DNA of 64,000 nt, taken from NCBI GenBank assembly GCA_051362555.1, contig CM120646.1, positions 1,984,001-2,048,000 on the forward strand. Direction: 5' to 3'. Below are positions 50,311 through 61,843 of the stretch, piece by piece. The first letter of the stretch is position 1. Every line of letters starts with the position of its first letter. Under the pieces are notes generated by a model, which worked only from the letters and a program-made list of their open reading frames with translations, searched no databases and was not told the DNA's origin. The DNA comes from Lingula anatina (taxonomy: Eukaryota > Animalia > Brachiopoda). The position numbers and the translations under genes are program-made.

Positions 50311-53261
50311 CTGTCGTCATAATGGTGCTGGGATAATGAGTTTCTGAGAACAGATGCATTTAGATGTAGATAGGATGAAATGTTTTCCGTGTCTAAACAT
50401 CCTAATTGAAGGATAGACTATTAGTTGAAGCATTTTTCAAATGTTAATTCTCGTATACTATGGCAGAGATTCTCCGTAATTACCGTGTTTTCTATCAGCA
50501 GCACAGAGAGAAAGGAAAACCCGTTCAATGAAGAATTCCACCACTTCATTCAGTATTACTCATATTAAAGTGTCCTACTGTTGTAAGTGACAGTTTCTAT
50601 AAAACAAAGGTGTTTGTTATGATAACAAAATTATTTGCGGCCATGCAACATTGGTTAACTAATTTTACTAAATTTTATCTTGATTTATTTATTATAATTA
50701 TTTTTATTTTATTTGTATTTTTTTATATTATATGAGTTGTTAAAATATCTGAATTACTTTTATTTGTATTGATATGGAATTTCTACTTGTGAATAAGTAC
50801 AAAGAACAGAGGTACATAGATTTGGTTGTACTAGTAGCAGATGGCCACAGTTCTTTAATTATTATTCTGACATAATTATTTATCATTTGCTGTGTTGGGT
50901 CCAATTCCAGACTTATCCTGCCTTCACACAAATTCAACATTAGGCTTGAAATACAGTCCTATTTATGTCACCAGGTTTCTTTATTACAGAAAAAACACTG
51001 TTAACACTCTAGTCTCTAAATTCCTGAATCAAGGGATTTAATCATCTGATAATTGGGATCATTCAAGTTCGCTGAAAGTCTAAGACGTAAAATCATGCCT
51101 GGGATTTTGAGGAGAAAGTGGTCGTAACTCGGTAGATTTGCCAATGCAGTGTGGTAATGGAGGGCAAAAAAATTTTTTCTGGTCGTTTTCTCTAATGCAT
51201 TGCTGAATTACAACACAAATACACCATGTTTGCATGTTGCTGTTGTATTGCTTACTTTTACTTTTACACGTGCAGATATATGATGTCAACCAGTGATGAC
51301 AGTCTCATTTTAGAATGTCTCGGATGATTGCCATTCAAGTTTCATGCATTTTTGTCTTACTTTTACACTGCCCAAACCTCTTCGTTTGTAAATTCAACTG
51401 ACTTTAAATTCTGAACCTACCAGTGGACTTTCTCTAGTTGTTTAATTGACAACTGATCTCCTTAAGACCTTCTTAGCATTATGTTCATGTATTATTGATT
51501 TTTGCAAGTCAGTGACATATGATAAAGGACATGATTGTTATTTGTTGAAGGCATTTTTTTAAACTTAAAAATGTAGATCCTGAGTATAGCAGTTTTTTTG
51601 TTGGTTGTACAGTAAACAATTACATGATTATGGAGATGCAGTTAATAACAATTGTTATGACTGCTATATAAGTGGGGTCTCTTAAAATCAGTGGAAATGC
51701 CTACATTAATGAGAACCCTTAATGTTATCAACTGTGAACAATACCAGAATTTGACTTCAGAATTCACCTGTGCCAATAAAATTTGTTTCACGTTAAGTTT
51801 TCCATTTTGAACTGACGACTGTGGTGGCCTCTTTTGTATACTGATGGGTTTACTGTATTAATGTGATTTGCTGCTATGAAGCTGAATTCTGAGGCAGATG
51901 AAGGCTTGTTGTGCAATGTGTTATTTTCATTAACATATCATGCAGGTAATAGTAAAGTCTGCCAATATGAACTCAATTACACAACGAAAATAAGGAACCT
52001 ATTATTTTCTCTTTTTGTGCAAAGCAAAAAGTCATATACTTAATGTCACATATCTTGTACATATGTATATAGTTGCCTTCATATCATCACAGCATATAGA
52101 AGACGTACTTTTGTACACTTTTACATATGAATATAACATAAAACACGCATGTCTTTATTTTTTTAGTGATTGTCAAGAAAGGATCTAGGAACTAGGCAAT
52201 ATTGGGCCTCTTACTTTTTATGTTGTCACTGAACTCGTATAGCCTGACACTGCCTGCCATTTATAATGGCCACAGTTGTAGATGTAGGTTTGTGATTTGA
52301 GCTTGAAGACTAAGGGCTTATCCCAATGAAAACTATTGTTCTATGTATATCTTCACCACCTCTTTGCATTGAATATAATACAGAAAAGCTGATGATTATA
52401 CGAGTACTTTGGATACAAAAGGTGGTGTGTTAACCTGATTGCATTTAGCAAGAGTCCACTTGGAGTTAGATCGATGGACATAGAATGATAGTTACATTGG
52501 GAATGAACCCTATGACAAATATGATCAGTTGAGGTTAAGACAGCCATTAACATGGTAGACTATGGGATAAAACATTCAAATACCAATTTATTGAGAGCCC
52601 TTCATTGTTATATATGTGCGTTTCTGTATAATGTGTCTTAATTAAAAACAAAATGTGCATGTATTACCAGCATGTTGCTTTGGTTTGTAGTATATATGTA
52701 AAGAAGATAGTAGTATTGCATAAGGAATGCTGTCATGTTGGCAAGCTCTTTGTCAGAGAATGTCTTTTTTAATGAAGTGATAATGTGTAGCAATTGAAGA
52801 CAAGTTTTGGTTTAAATCCAGTCGTCTGTTCTTGCTTAGTCTTCCTTAAGTTAAGGCATTTTTAAACTGAATTGAAAAATATTTTCAGATGATAAGATGT
52901 TTAGCTGTTTTTCAATTCGGTACACTTTTTGAGATTCCAGTTAATGTGCATTTAAGATTTCAGAGTGCTATTTATACATTCTATTCATTTTTTCTCTGGA
53001 TAATGTTTTCATGCTATCGATGTAATTGATTAGGCAATTTCTTACGAGGAAAGGTTTGTTCACGTATTTGGCCATATTTCATGTGTTATAATCAAGTTTT
53101 ATGGAATCATGGTTGAAATTATATCTCATCAGTGTTACGTCTTCCAGAAGTTAGGAAAGAATTCACTTTTTTATGCTGAAGTATCGACTCTAGATACGGA
53201 CGTACCCAGCGTTTTTCCTATATTGTATGTACTCTAAGGAGTAAAACATTTTGTCTTTTGA

Positions 53262-53267
53262 AATAAA
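53262..53267 (+). terminator. Candidate distal poly(A) signal of Sema5 (alternative at 51775-51780)
   Basis: AATAAA followed about 35 nt later by T/GT-rich TTTGGGTTTTATG; coincides with the shift in CpG density. Confidence 0.45.
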
Positions 53268-54575
53268 GATGCTTATTATTGAAAACAAAATACATGATAT
53301 ACTTTGGGTTTTATGATTTCAGTAAGCCGTCTTATCTACCTTCCTTCATGGCAACAGTTTTTCTTTTTGAGCACGTGATCTGAACACGTGATAAGCTATG
53401 TAGTCCCTTATGAAAAAAGAAAAATTGTCTGCGAAATGAACAGAGGACTTGGGCGCGACTTCGATAAAGCCATGACAACATTACTTGCCCTTAAAATTAG
53501 GCGTTCGTGCTCACAAATCCGAGCCTCGAGTTTAACAAACGCTTATCCGTTTATAATTGAGGCATGTTTCCTCAACCAGTCTTTCAATAATTAAGGAATG
53601 CGTCCTGTCGCGCCCTCGCGCGCCTTTCGTTTTTACAAATCTGTTTTTTCGGATAGTTGTTTTCAGCATGTTACCCATTTGAATGTTGTAATATATCATT
53701 TTCAAATCAGTGATTTCACAACTTGCTGTTTGTATTTGGCTTTCTATTTGGCTATCTACAAGGAAGTTACATTTAAATTTTCACCCAGACAATATTTATT
53801 CAAACTGATATTGATACGTAATGGCACGTACACAAAAACAGCGAAACAGAACTTACTGAATTTCGACTTTATACGCCCCTTTATCGATTCGCCTTTCCAC
53901 TGAAATTATTGTCATCTAATTGTTAGACAATTATAGTCTAAAACTGAGGTCGTTATACAGGGGTATATAATCCGAAAGCAAATAAAAATCGCTCATTACC
54001 AGAACTCAGATTGCCCGATATAAGATCATAATCTTATTATATGAAATAAATAAATGTTCTGATTGTCATCGTAAATGTAGCCTTCCTTAAAAATTGAGCT
54101 TGTTGGCGGACAAAGGCGTTTAGTATAGCTAAAACACTATATTCTGCACTATATATATATATATAGTTGCTAGGGTAACCGCACGCCTCTTGGGGCCCTT
54201 TCTTTTACACAATTATAGGCTAATAATATCGAATTCTTCTTGTACATGAAATGTTAAAAGAGATAAACATCTACGAAATCAACAACAGTCAATAACATCT
54301 TCTATAGCATATGTAAATTGAATTTTTTTCCAAATAATTATCAACAATGTTATTGTATGGGTTTCTCGTTTTTTTTTTTAATATAAATTTATAATGTTAA
54401 TAAGAACAAAAATATTTTTCATCTATAATAACTTTGCAGCATTCAAAAGTCTTGACTTCCATGTTTTTTTTTTTGTTTTAATATAATATGCTTCAGGCAC
54501 TTTTGTCCTGAGATCTCATAGTAAATTTAAGAACACATCCGATCATTTTCTTATCAATTCTTAATTACTATCATA

Positions 54576-54824
54576 GGCTGCGTTCACATGAAAAATCTAT
54601 TTTCCAAAAATCTAAAAATCTATTTGCGGTATCTTGTGATCACGGTCTGTGCCCTGAATATCCCACGGCGTAATTACGAGCAGCGCGAGCTAGTTACTTC
54701 CAAAGCTGTAATTAATTCTCGGCGCTGCCAGTAATTACGCCACAGGGTATTCAGGGCACAGACCGTGATCACAAGATACCGCAAATAGATTTTTAGAAAA
54801 TAGATTTTTCATGTGAACGCAGCC
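54576..54824. mobile_element. PIF/Harbinger-like MITE (near-complete palindrome)
   Basis: Termini GGCTGCGTTCACATGAAAAATCTA ... TAGATTTTTCATGTGAACGCAGCC; inverted arms about 100 bp; 3-bp ATA direct repeat on both flanks. Confidence 0.85.
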
Positions 54825-54864
54825 ATAGTTTTTCTCCAAATGTTAAACGGATCATTATTACCTC

Positions 54865-56802
54865 TTAATCCCGGCGACGTAGCTTGCACCGCATTTTCAT
54901 CATAAGGGAGAATGCCTTTTTATACTTTCTGTCCATAAAAGCGTAGACGAGCGGGTTAACGGCTGACGAAGCACCGACCAAAATGCCACAAAAAGTTTGA
55001 ATTATCGCAGCCACCTTGGACAAGTTGTCTACGTTCAGTCGTGCTGCAACTAACTGACAAATGAAATAGGGTCCCCACAAAACGCAAAACATCATCAAAG
55101 TCACAAACGCCATTTTTGCTACCTGAACATGAAGTTTCAGTCTCGCTGTCCATCCTACCGATGGTACTTTAGCTACATTTAAATTTGGTAGCACTCTTTT
55201 GGCTTCTTCTGATACTTTTTCTGCTGCGTTTGGAGTCTGGTGTTTTTCCAAAGTCGAATGTTGGTGTGACATGCAGTCCCCTTTTTTTGCCCGTTGATTT
55301 TGTCGAAGATGATTCTTTTTTGTCGAAATTGGATGGTTCAGTGTTGCCTTGTTTGGACGTTCCTTCTGCTTGCTGGCAATTTGTTCGCAGGGGATAAGTT
55401 CGAGACCATCCGAGATACGTTTTTTTCTTACATACGAAGGAGTAATTTTTGTTAGAGATGCTGCTCTCTTGTCCAAAGTGGATGTTTCCTTGTTGTCTTC
55501 ATTTGTCTTTCCTTCTGATTCTACTGTCACTTGTTCGTAGGGCAAAAGTTCGGGACCATCCGAGATGGTACATATTGCTCTACCATACGAAGGAGCTTTT
55601 TTCATCGGAGATGATTCTTTCTTATTGAAATGTGATGGTTCCGTGTTGTCTTGTTTTGACTTTCCCTCTGATTGAGAGGAGCATACATGTAGTTTGAGCC
55701 CATCCGAGATGCGTTTTGCACTTACATTCGAAGGAGCCTCTTTTATCAGGGATGCCCATTTCTTTTCGAAATTAGATGGTTCCGAGTTGTCTTGTTTTGA
55801 CGTTCCTTCTGATTCTACTGCCAGTTGTTCATATGAGATAATTTCGAGACCTTCCGAGCTGCGCTTTGCACTCTCTTGCGAAGTTGAGTTCTCTATATGG
55901 GATGATTGATCTCGCCTCTCTTGGACAAGCATTGTCTCCTCACAAACCGCAGCTGAGATACAATCTTCTTTTGCTTCTCTTTGTATTGCTGGATTTCTTT
56001 GCTCGTGTTGCTCGATGCGCGGCATCTCAACGTCAAGTTTAACTACGCCCCGTCCTTCTACAATGGGCTTATCTTGTACGTTTTTATGGCGTCTACCTTG
56101 GGCAGAGGGTTTGGTGCTCCAGACACTGACCTGACGGTCATGTTTTCGGGCGTGAAGAAAGATTGCAAGATAGCACGCGCAGGCTGATAGAAAACAGAGG
56201 GGAAAATGCACTATGCGAATCCATCGAATAGACCTCAGAAACACTTCCTCTGGTCTACACCATTTGTCTGGTGTCCAAGTGTTAGTTCCCACTAGCAGCA
56301 ATGCCAATACTGACATGTACGCCCAAGAGAGCACTATATAAACGTTCAGCTTTCTTTGGCTAAATATTGCGGGATACACGTTGCCCCTACATATCTTTGT
56401 GTACCGTTCGAACGCAATCAGCATTAGGTGCATGAGGGATACGGAAACCAGCCATGAGTAGAGTGACAGTCTCCAAATGCAAAAATATTTCGTCGACAGG
56501 AGCTCTTCTAGGTAAACTATTATATAACTGTTTGGAGCACATTTTAAAAAAAGTGGCGGTAAACTTACCCCAGTTAGAGCATCTGCAATAGCCAAACTGA
56601 AGAAAATTGTATTTGTGCGGGTCTTCAGCCATTTGAACTTGACGTAGGAGATGATGACGAGTAGATTGAGGACTATTGCAGTCAAAGAAATCAAATTTCC
56701 AATCGTAGAGAAGGTGACACAAAACCAACTCCTTTCAAAGGAATTGGAAAATGAAACATTGTCATTCTCAAAAATTCCCGAATCATTCGTCACATTCTCC
56801 AT
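54865..56802 (-). CDS. Orphan rhodopsin-class (class A) GPCR, single coding exon, 645 aa, very long ICL3
   Basis: Seven hydrophobic helices with LN(1.50), SLAIAD, C3.25, IAFERY, W4.50, FCVLWGPY and NPLVY plus helix 8 (KYKKAF); N-terminal sequons NVT, NDS, NVS. Confidence 0.95.
   Translation of the reverse strand: MENVTNDSGIFENDNVSFSNSFERSWFCVTFSTIGNLISLTAIVLNLLVIISYVKFKWLKTRTNTIFFSLAIADALTGVSLPPLFLKCAPNSYIIVYLEELLSTKYFCIWRLSLYSWLVSVSLMHLMLIAFERYTKICRGNVYPAIFSQRKLNVYIVLSWAYMSVLALLLVGTNTWTPDKWCRPEEVFLRSIRWIRIVHFPLCFLSACACYLAIFLHARKHDRQVSVWSTKPSAQGRRHKNVQDKPIVEGRGVVKLDVEMPRIEQHEQRNPAIQREAKEDCISAAVCEETMLVQERRDQSSHIENSTSQESAKRSSEGLEIISYEQLAVESEGTSKQDNSEPSNFEKKWASLIKEAPSNVSAKRISDGLKLHVCSSQSEGKSKQDNTEPSHFNKKESSPMKKAPSYGRAICTISDGPELLPYEQVTVESEGKTNEDNKETSTLDKRAASLTKITPSYVRKKRISDGLELIPCEQIASKQKERPNKATLNHPISTKKNHLRQNQRAKKGDCMSHQHSTLEKHQTPNAAEKVSEEAKRVLPNLNVAKVPSVGWTARLKLHVQVAKMAFVTLMMFCVLWGPYFICQLVAARLNVDNLSKVAAIIQTFCGILVGASSAVNPLVYAFMDRKYKKAFSLMMKMRCKLRRRD
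55300..55872 (-). repeat. Four tandem coding repeats of about 141-153 nt in GPCR ICL3
   Basis: Units begin near 55872, 55722, 55581 and 55428; consensus approximately KRISDGLELxxYEQxxVESEGxSKQDNxEPSxFxKKxxSxxKxxPSY. Confidence 0.9.
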
Positions 56803-57538
56803 ATATTTATCCGTTTATATAAAACATAAAAGATCATCTATAGACGAATTGTCACCCGTTTAGAAAAAAAATATTCAGGATATACAAGTATCCGGTTGTT
56901 TTCTGATGTCTCTCCAAGACTACCAGTGCTTTTCTTTGCAATTCTCTCTTAACGCTAAGAGTGACGGACTTTTGCCATTGCTCTGAACGGCTGGCCAATG
57001 AAAAATCATGATGCAGCCATAGTTCTTGCGTCACAATAGTATAATCCTCTCTGTAGGCCGTTGGTTGTCATTCAAGTCGACTTCAGAGCTAGCTAGGGTA
57101 TCGTCATTATTACTCTTATTATTATCACGAATAAGCCAGCTCATGTTGCAAATGCTCTTTACTTTTGACTTAATCCAATCCCGGATTACCGGGGTATGTC
57201 CTCAAACTTTTCAGAAGGCTTTAAACTTGATTAATCATTACACTTGGTTTTGTTCTAGAACCGCGTTTAAACTTTTTTAAACAAAGCCCATTGGGTCATT
57301 TCAAATTTTTGATTAAAATTATTTCAAAATTATTAAATTTGACTGCAACGTCGGTTAGTTGCTAAATGTATATTCCTGTATCAGAGTTATTCATATTTAT
57401 CATTCTTATTGTACTGGATGGTTAACAATATTTACTCAAATGGAATTTAAATATCATGTTGAAGGGTGGTGACAGAAATGTCCAGACCCGTGGACTGTTT
57501 ACCACTGAGATGTAGTATTTAAAACTCTTGATTGAATA

Positions 57539-57771
57539 TTACCTCCCCCAAGGAGGTTATGTTTTCACCCCTGTTTGTATGTCTGTCATCAACATACCTC
57601 AAAAAGTTATGGACCGATTTTGATCAATTTTCAGGAACTGTCAGAAGTGGGCCAAGAAACAGATGATTAGTTCTTGGTGGTGATCCGGATCAATAATCAA
57701 TCAGTAATCAATAATAATTTAAAAAAATTGCTGCCTTGGAGGAAGTCTGCGCTCTCGGTGTGCTTTTCTAG
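57539..57771 (+). mobile_element. Helentron-associated (HINE/DINE-like) non-autonomous element
   Basis: 5' TTACCTCCCCCAAGGAGGTTATGTTTTCACC, GTTTGTATGTCTGTC microsatellite, 3' subterminal inverted repeat CCTTGGAGGAAGT, short stem-loop, CTAG end followed by a T run. Confidence 0.8.
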
Positions 57772-57808
57772 TTTTAACTTACATTCAATTTTAAACGAGA
57801 CTAAGATT

Positions 57809-57856
<48 letters not shown>

Positions 57857-58449
57857 CAGTTAAGGATTAATTTAGTCTATTCGAAATATAACAAAATGAC
57901 TTTTTATTTATAAGAACCTCCACGACTGAACACTAGAATGAAAGCTTGCCCTATTTTGTATGTTGTATTTAATTGGCTGTTAATTTTGCCACTTGCTCAG
58001 CAGAATAACACTTCATTGTTGATAATATTTTTCTGTGACGGACCCCATAAATTAATTGCACCTTCATATGCCGGGTTCATCAACCACGAATCGGAAATAA
58101 TCATTAAATTTACACCCAACAAATGACGCAGGTCTTTGCTCTTTAACGCATAATTGTTTCCTCCGTACATTTAAGCTCTTTAGCACCTAGCTTGTGTTAT
58201 ATCGTCATATCCTCTCCATGATTATATTCTATTTCATCTTAACTGGACACTGTGCAGAACACGCCTGCTCAAGCCGTTTTTAGCCTGCTTTTGACAACCA
58301 GGGTATATACACTTTAAATAAAGTATCCCTTCTCTCCATCAAGTGATTGTAATTAAACCAGGAGATTTTTTTTTTTTTTTGAGATCTTTTTGGACTCCGC
58401 GCTGTCACGTTGTGCAGTCGTTATCCCTGGTGCCTGTTTCACAATAAAC

Positions 58450-58452
58450 AAA

Positions 58453-58487
<35 letters not shown>

Positions 58488-58489
58488 AT
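58450..58489. repeat. (AAAT)n microsatellite
   Basis: Directly visible. Confidence 0.9.
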
Positions 58490-58556
58490 GAACTTAAGTC
58501 AGGTTCCCTGGAGAACAACTTAATTACCAACGTTACACGGTCACATGCGCGCATTT

Positions 58557-58842
58557 CAGTGGCGGATTTATGGGGGCTTTAGGGGGGTCCTGACCCCCCC
58601 CTCTTCGATTTCTGTTAACAATCACACCAATGTTCCCCCCTTAGAAATTTTGATTAGCTGAATCATAGTTCTTAACCGTACCAAATAGCACCGTTCGCCT
58701 TTTAAGATACCAAATTTTTTCGGGGCTCGCTGAAGGGCCCCGCACTCCACGCCAAAGGGAGGGGGGGCGAATGTCGGCTTCGCCGTCCGTCATTCCTAAA
58801 AACCGCGCCCCCCCCTTTCAAATAATCCTGGATCCGCCCCTG
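58557..58842. mobile_element. Non-autonomous TIR element (CAG...CTG ends, hAT-like)
   Basis: CAGTGGCGGATTTATG ... CCTGGATCCGCCCCTG imperfect TIRs with G/C runs; no clear target-site duplication. Confidence 0.65.
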
Positions 58843-58904
58843 CACCTACTCTATCAGGAACAGTGTTACAACATTCTCATGGAAGTTGTAGTCAACTGAG
58901 TCAG

Positions 58905-58953
<49 letters not shown>

Positions 58954-60766
58954 CTATGTGAAACTGTGGCCTGTTTTTCACACAAGGCACTCATATTCGA
59001 AATCCGTCTAATAATTGACTGATATGTTACTTTTAGATCTTGAACGACCAGAGTGCATATTGCATCAAGCACAATGAAAGCCCGATTTTCTGCCCTGTCG
59101 TAAGTCACGGCATCGTCCAGTATAATGTTGAAAAATTATCCGTTAAAAGAGTGACTAACTCTCTGTCTTAAAAGAGAGACCAAATCTATATCTTACATTT
59201 GAAGATATCTCAAAATGTACAGTAGTATAAAAACGCCACTTTATTTTAAATTGATCTATATTGTAGTAAAATAATCAGTGAAGAAAATTCTCGTCTTGAA
59301 TAAAATATAAACCATATTCATTACTAACACAAAATTGAAACAAAATTTACATACAGCGTTAACTTTTTCTAAATGTGAATTCATCATAAATTTAGAGCAA
59401 TCTAACAATATCCACCAAAAACATGAAACAAGCCATGTATATACAATAGTATTTTATTGAGCAAAATGTTTTTATAAAAACGAGAAAATTTATCAAACAA
59501 AATCCGAAGAAGCTCCACATCTTTTGCCAGACCTCCTCCATCCAATAACCATACACTACCCTGAGTGTGATAATATGGATATCTTCCTATAAGAGAAATA
59601 TCTGAATGCACATCAATGGATGCTTATTAACTTTATACCAAGCAGGTGGCACATATGACAAGGTGTGACAGAACGGAATTAACACTAAAAGCAACATCTG
59701 GTGTATGATCAATCCAACTAAAATTACATTTTTTCCCTAGCATACAAACCAGAGGTCTGTAAGCTAACCTTTCCTATTGTCTCCCACGATTTGCCTGGTG
59801 TAGATGAGGCAGAAACTGAACTATTTTTCAATTATTGTATAATTTCGATATCATGAGATACGTGTAAGATACCCAACGTCTTGTGTGATTACACTAATTT
59901 TTGTACGGAATTCTGGCACCAAGGTGGAATAAAGCAAGAATCACTGAAGAAACGACAAATAATAAAAATCACCAATCACGTAATCATTATGATTTAGTTC
60001 CGCTTACAAAGGAGGTTAGTTTTCCTCAAGTCGACACAACAGAGAAAGCGCATACTTGACACATTTGTTGATTTTTTCTCAGAGGTACATGTGTACTAAA
60101 CGACATCGTCATCATTGACTTTTCACAGAGTATGCGTCCCTTTGTACGGCCCAGTAAACATTATGACATTACACGTAGGGCGGTCTGTCATTTGTTCCGA
60201 CATTTGAGAAATCAGTTTTGATTTTCATTTTACATCTCTCCCCCCCCCCCCCACCCCCCGCCCAATCTTCCCCCATGCTTGGCGTCTTGTGGTACAAAAA
60301 TGTCGCTACATTCGAGTAACAATTTCATGGAGGTAAAAAGGCCAAAAAAAACTTAAGGTGTTTTTTAACCAAGTCATGACAGCCGTAACAGATTTTAACA
60401 GAAAGCAACGCTTTTCAGAAATCACTAAAATTGGGGTAAAATAGGCCAAAATTTCTTTTTTAATTATCAATTATGTTGAACAATTAATAAGATATTTTTT
60501 CTGTTTCTGTTCGTCTTTAGGAGTGAATTAAAGAGTTAAGTTTTTTAATATCTATCTTACCAAAAATGACAAATCGATTTTCATCTTACACAAAACGGTT
60601 TTTAGGGTCCACACACCGCATCAAGTTCTATCATTAATGTCTTAAATAAGTCCCCTATAAAAAAAGAACCCAGATAATAAATAAGCCATTGCTTTCCACG
60701 CCTTTTTGAACCCAGATTTTTTTCTTTTCGTCTCAAGTCACTGACAGTATATGTGACAGTCGTCTT

Positions 60767-61384
60767 TTACGGTACAACGCGAACAAGGTAGCCAGAATTA
60801 GTGTGCCACAGATATAGGGGTTTGACTTCAAGTCCAATATCATCAGCCGGAATAAAGGGGATCCCTGTTTTAGGACGAACTTTAGACTCTTTCTTTTCTT
60901 CTTCCCTCATGGCGGCCAGTTGTGAGGCACTCTGTGATCTCCTAGCCTTTTGTTCCGCGATCAGTTTGCCGTAGCCGTAATCTAGGCTTTCGTATAAAAG
61001 TTTTCTAGCTTGGTCGCTAAAGTAATCGCTGGTCGGAGCCTTGCGTTGCGATGTAGCGAACATGTCCAAACCTTTCCTAGGGTTCGCCCCGTCAAAGTAC
61101 GGTGGTGAAGAAGACCAGTAAGTGCTGTCGTTAAGGGGTTTTCTGGCGTCCCCACGGGCGCCGACGGCGGGAGGGAGAATGAGGCGATCGCTGCTCTGTT
61201 TTTTGCTCCTTTTAACCACTACTTTTCTGTACGTCAGGTCCGGCATTGGTTTGTTTATAACCATGTATTTTCCCTTAGCTGAGTAACCGACGGGGTCGGG
61301 GTACTCGTGGAGATGCCAGCCGTACGTTTGGTTGGTAGTGACGGGGCTGTCTTCGCTCCAATAGTGGGGGCGTTGAAGAGGCAT
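60767..61384 (-). CDS. Uncharacterised 205-aa basic, Pro/Tyr-rich protein; single coding exon with a 5' UTR intron
   Basis: GC/CpG-rich ORF against an AT-rich background; GCCACGATG start with an in-frame stop just upstream; strong minus-strand acceptor (long pyrimidine tract, AG at 61497-61496) about 110 nt upstream of the ATG. Confidence 0.8.
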   Translation of the reverse strand: MPLQRPHYWSEDSPVTTNQTYGWHLHEYPDPVGYSAKGKYMVINKPMPDLTYRKVVVKRSKKQSSDRLILPPAVGARGDARKPLNDSTYWSSSPPYFDGANPRKGLDMFATSQRKAPTSDYFSDQARKLLYESLDYGYGKLIAEQKARRSQSASQLAAMREEEKKESKVRPKTGIPFIPADDIGLEVKPLYLWHTNSGYLVRVVP

Positions 61385-61791
61385 CGTGGCTTAGGTACTC
61401 TGGGAATGGCCGGAACTTTGAATATCACAGGCGCGAATATTAGCTACGGAGGGCCTACGACTGAACGCAGCACTGCACTCCGCAAATCTTACAACCTAAA
61501 AATAGAAAAAGAAAAAAAAGATTAACATAAAGCTAGTAAGAGTCAACTACTGAAGAGGCAATGCTTAAAAAATTGGAAGGACCTAAGTGCAAGTGTAATC
61601 TCTGCAACGTATATGGATAATGATAAATTTAAACTGAAATGATGGCCTTATTTTCCTGTTGTAATTTCAATCAACAGAAGTAGTTAGAAATAGTAGTGCT
61701 AAACATTGTATCATCATCTAACTGATTCTGTCGGTGAATAGCTACTCAGCTAATGTTTGTACTTTCATTCTTTCCGACATGAAATAAACTT

Positions 61792-61843
61792 TATTGTATT
61801 GTATTGTATTGTATTGTATTGTATTGTATTGTATTGTATTGTA
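61792..61843. repeat. (TATTG)n pentanucleotide microsatellite
   Basis: Directly visible, about 10 units. Confidence 0.92.

Noticed and set aside
54865-56802. Naming the GPCR as a biogenic amine receptor or opsin
   Set aside because: Lacks Asp3.32 and Lys7.43.
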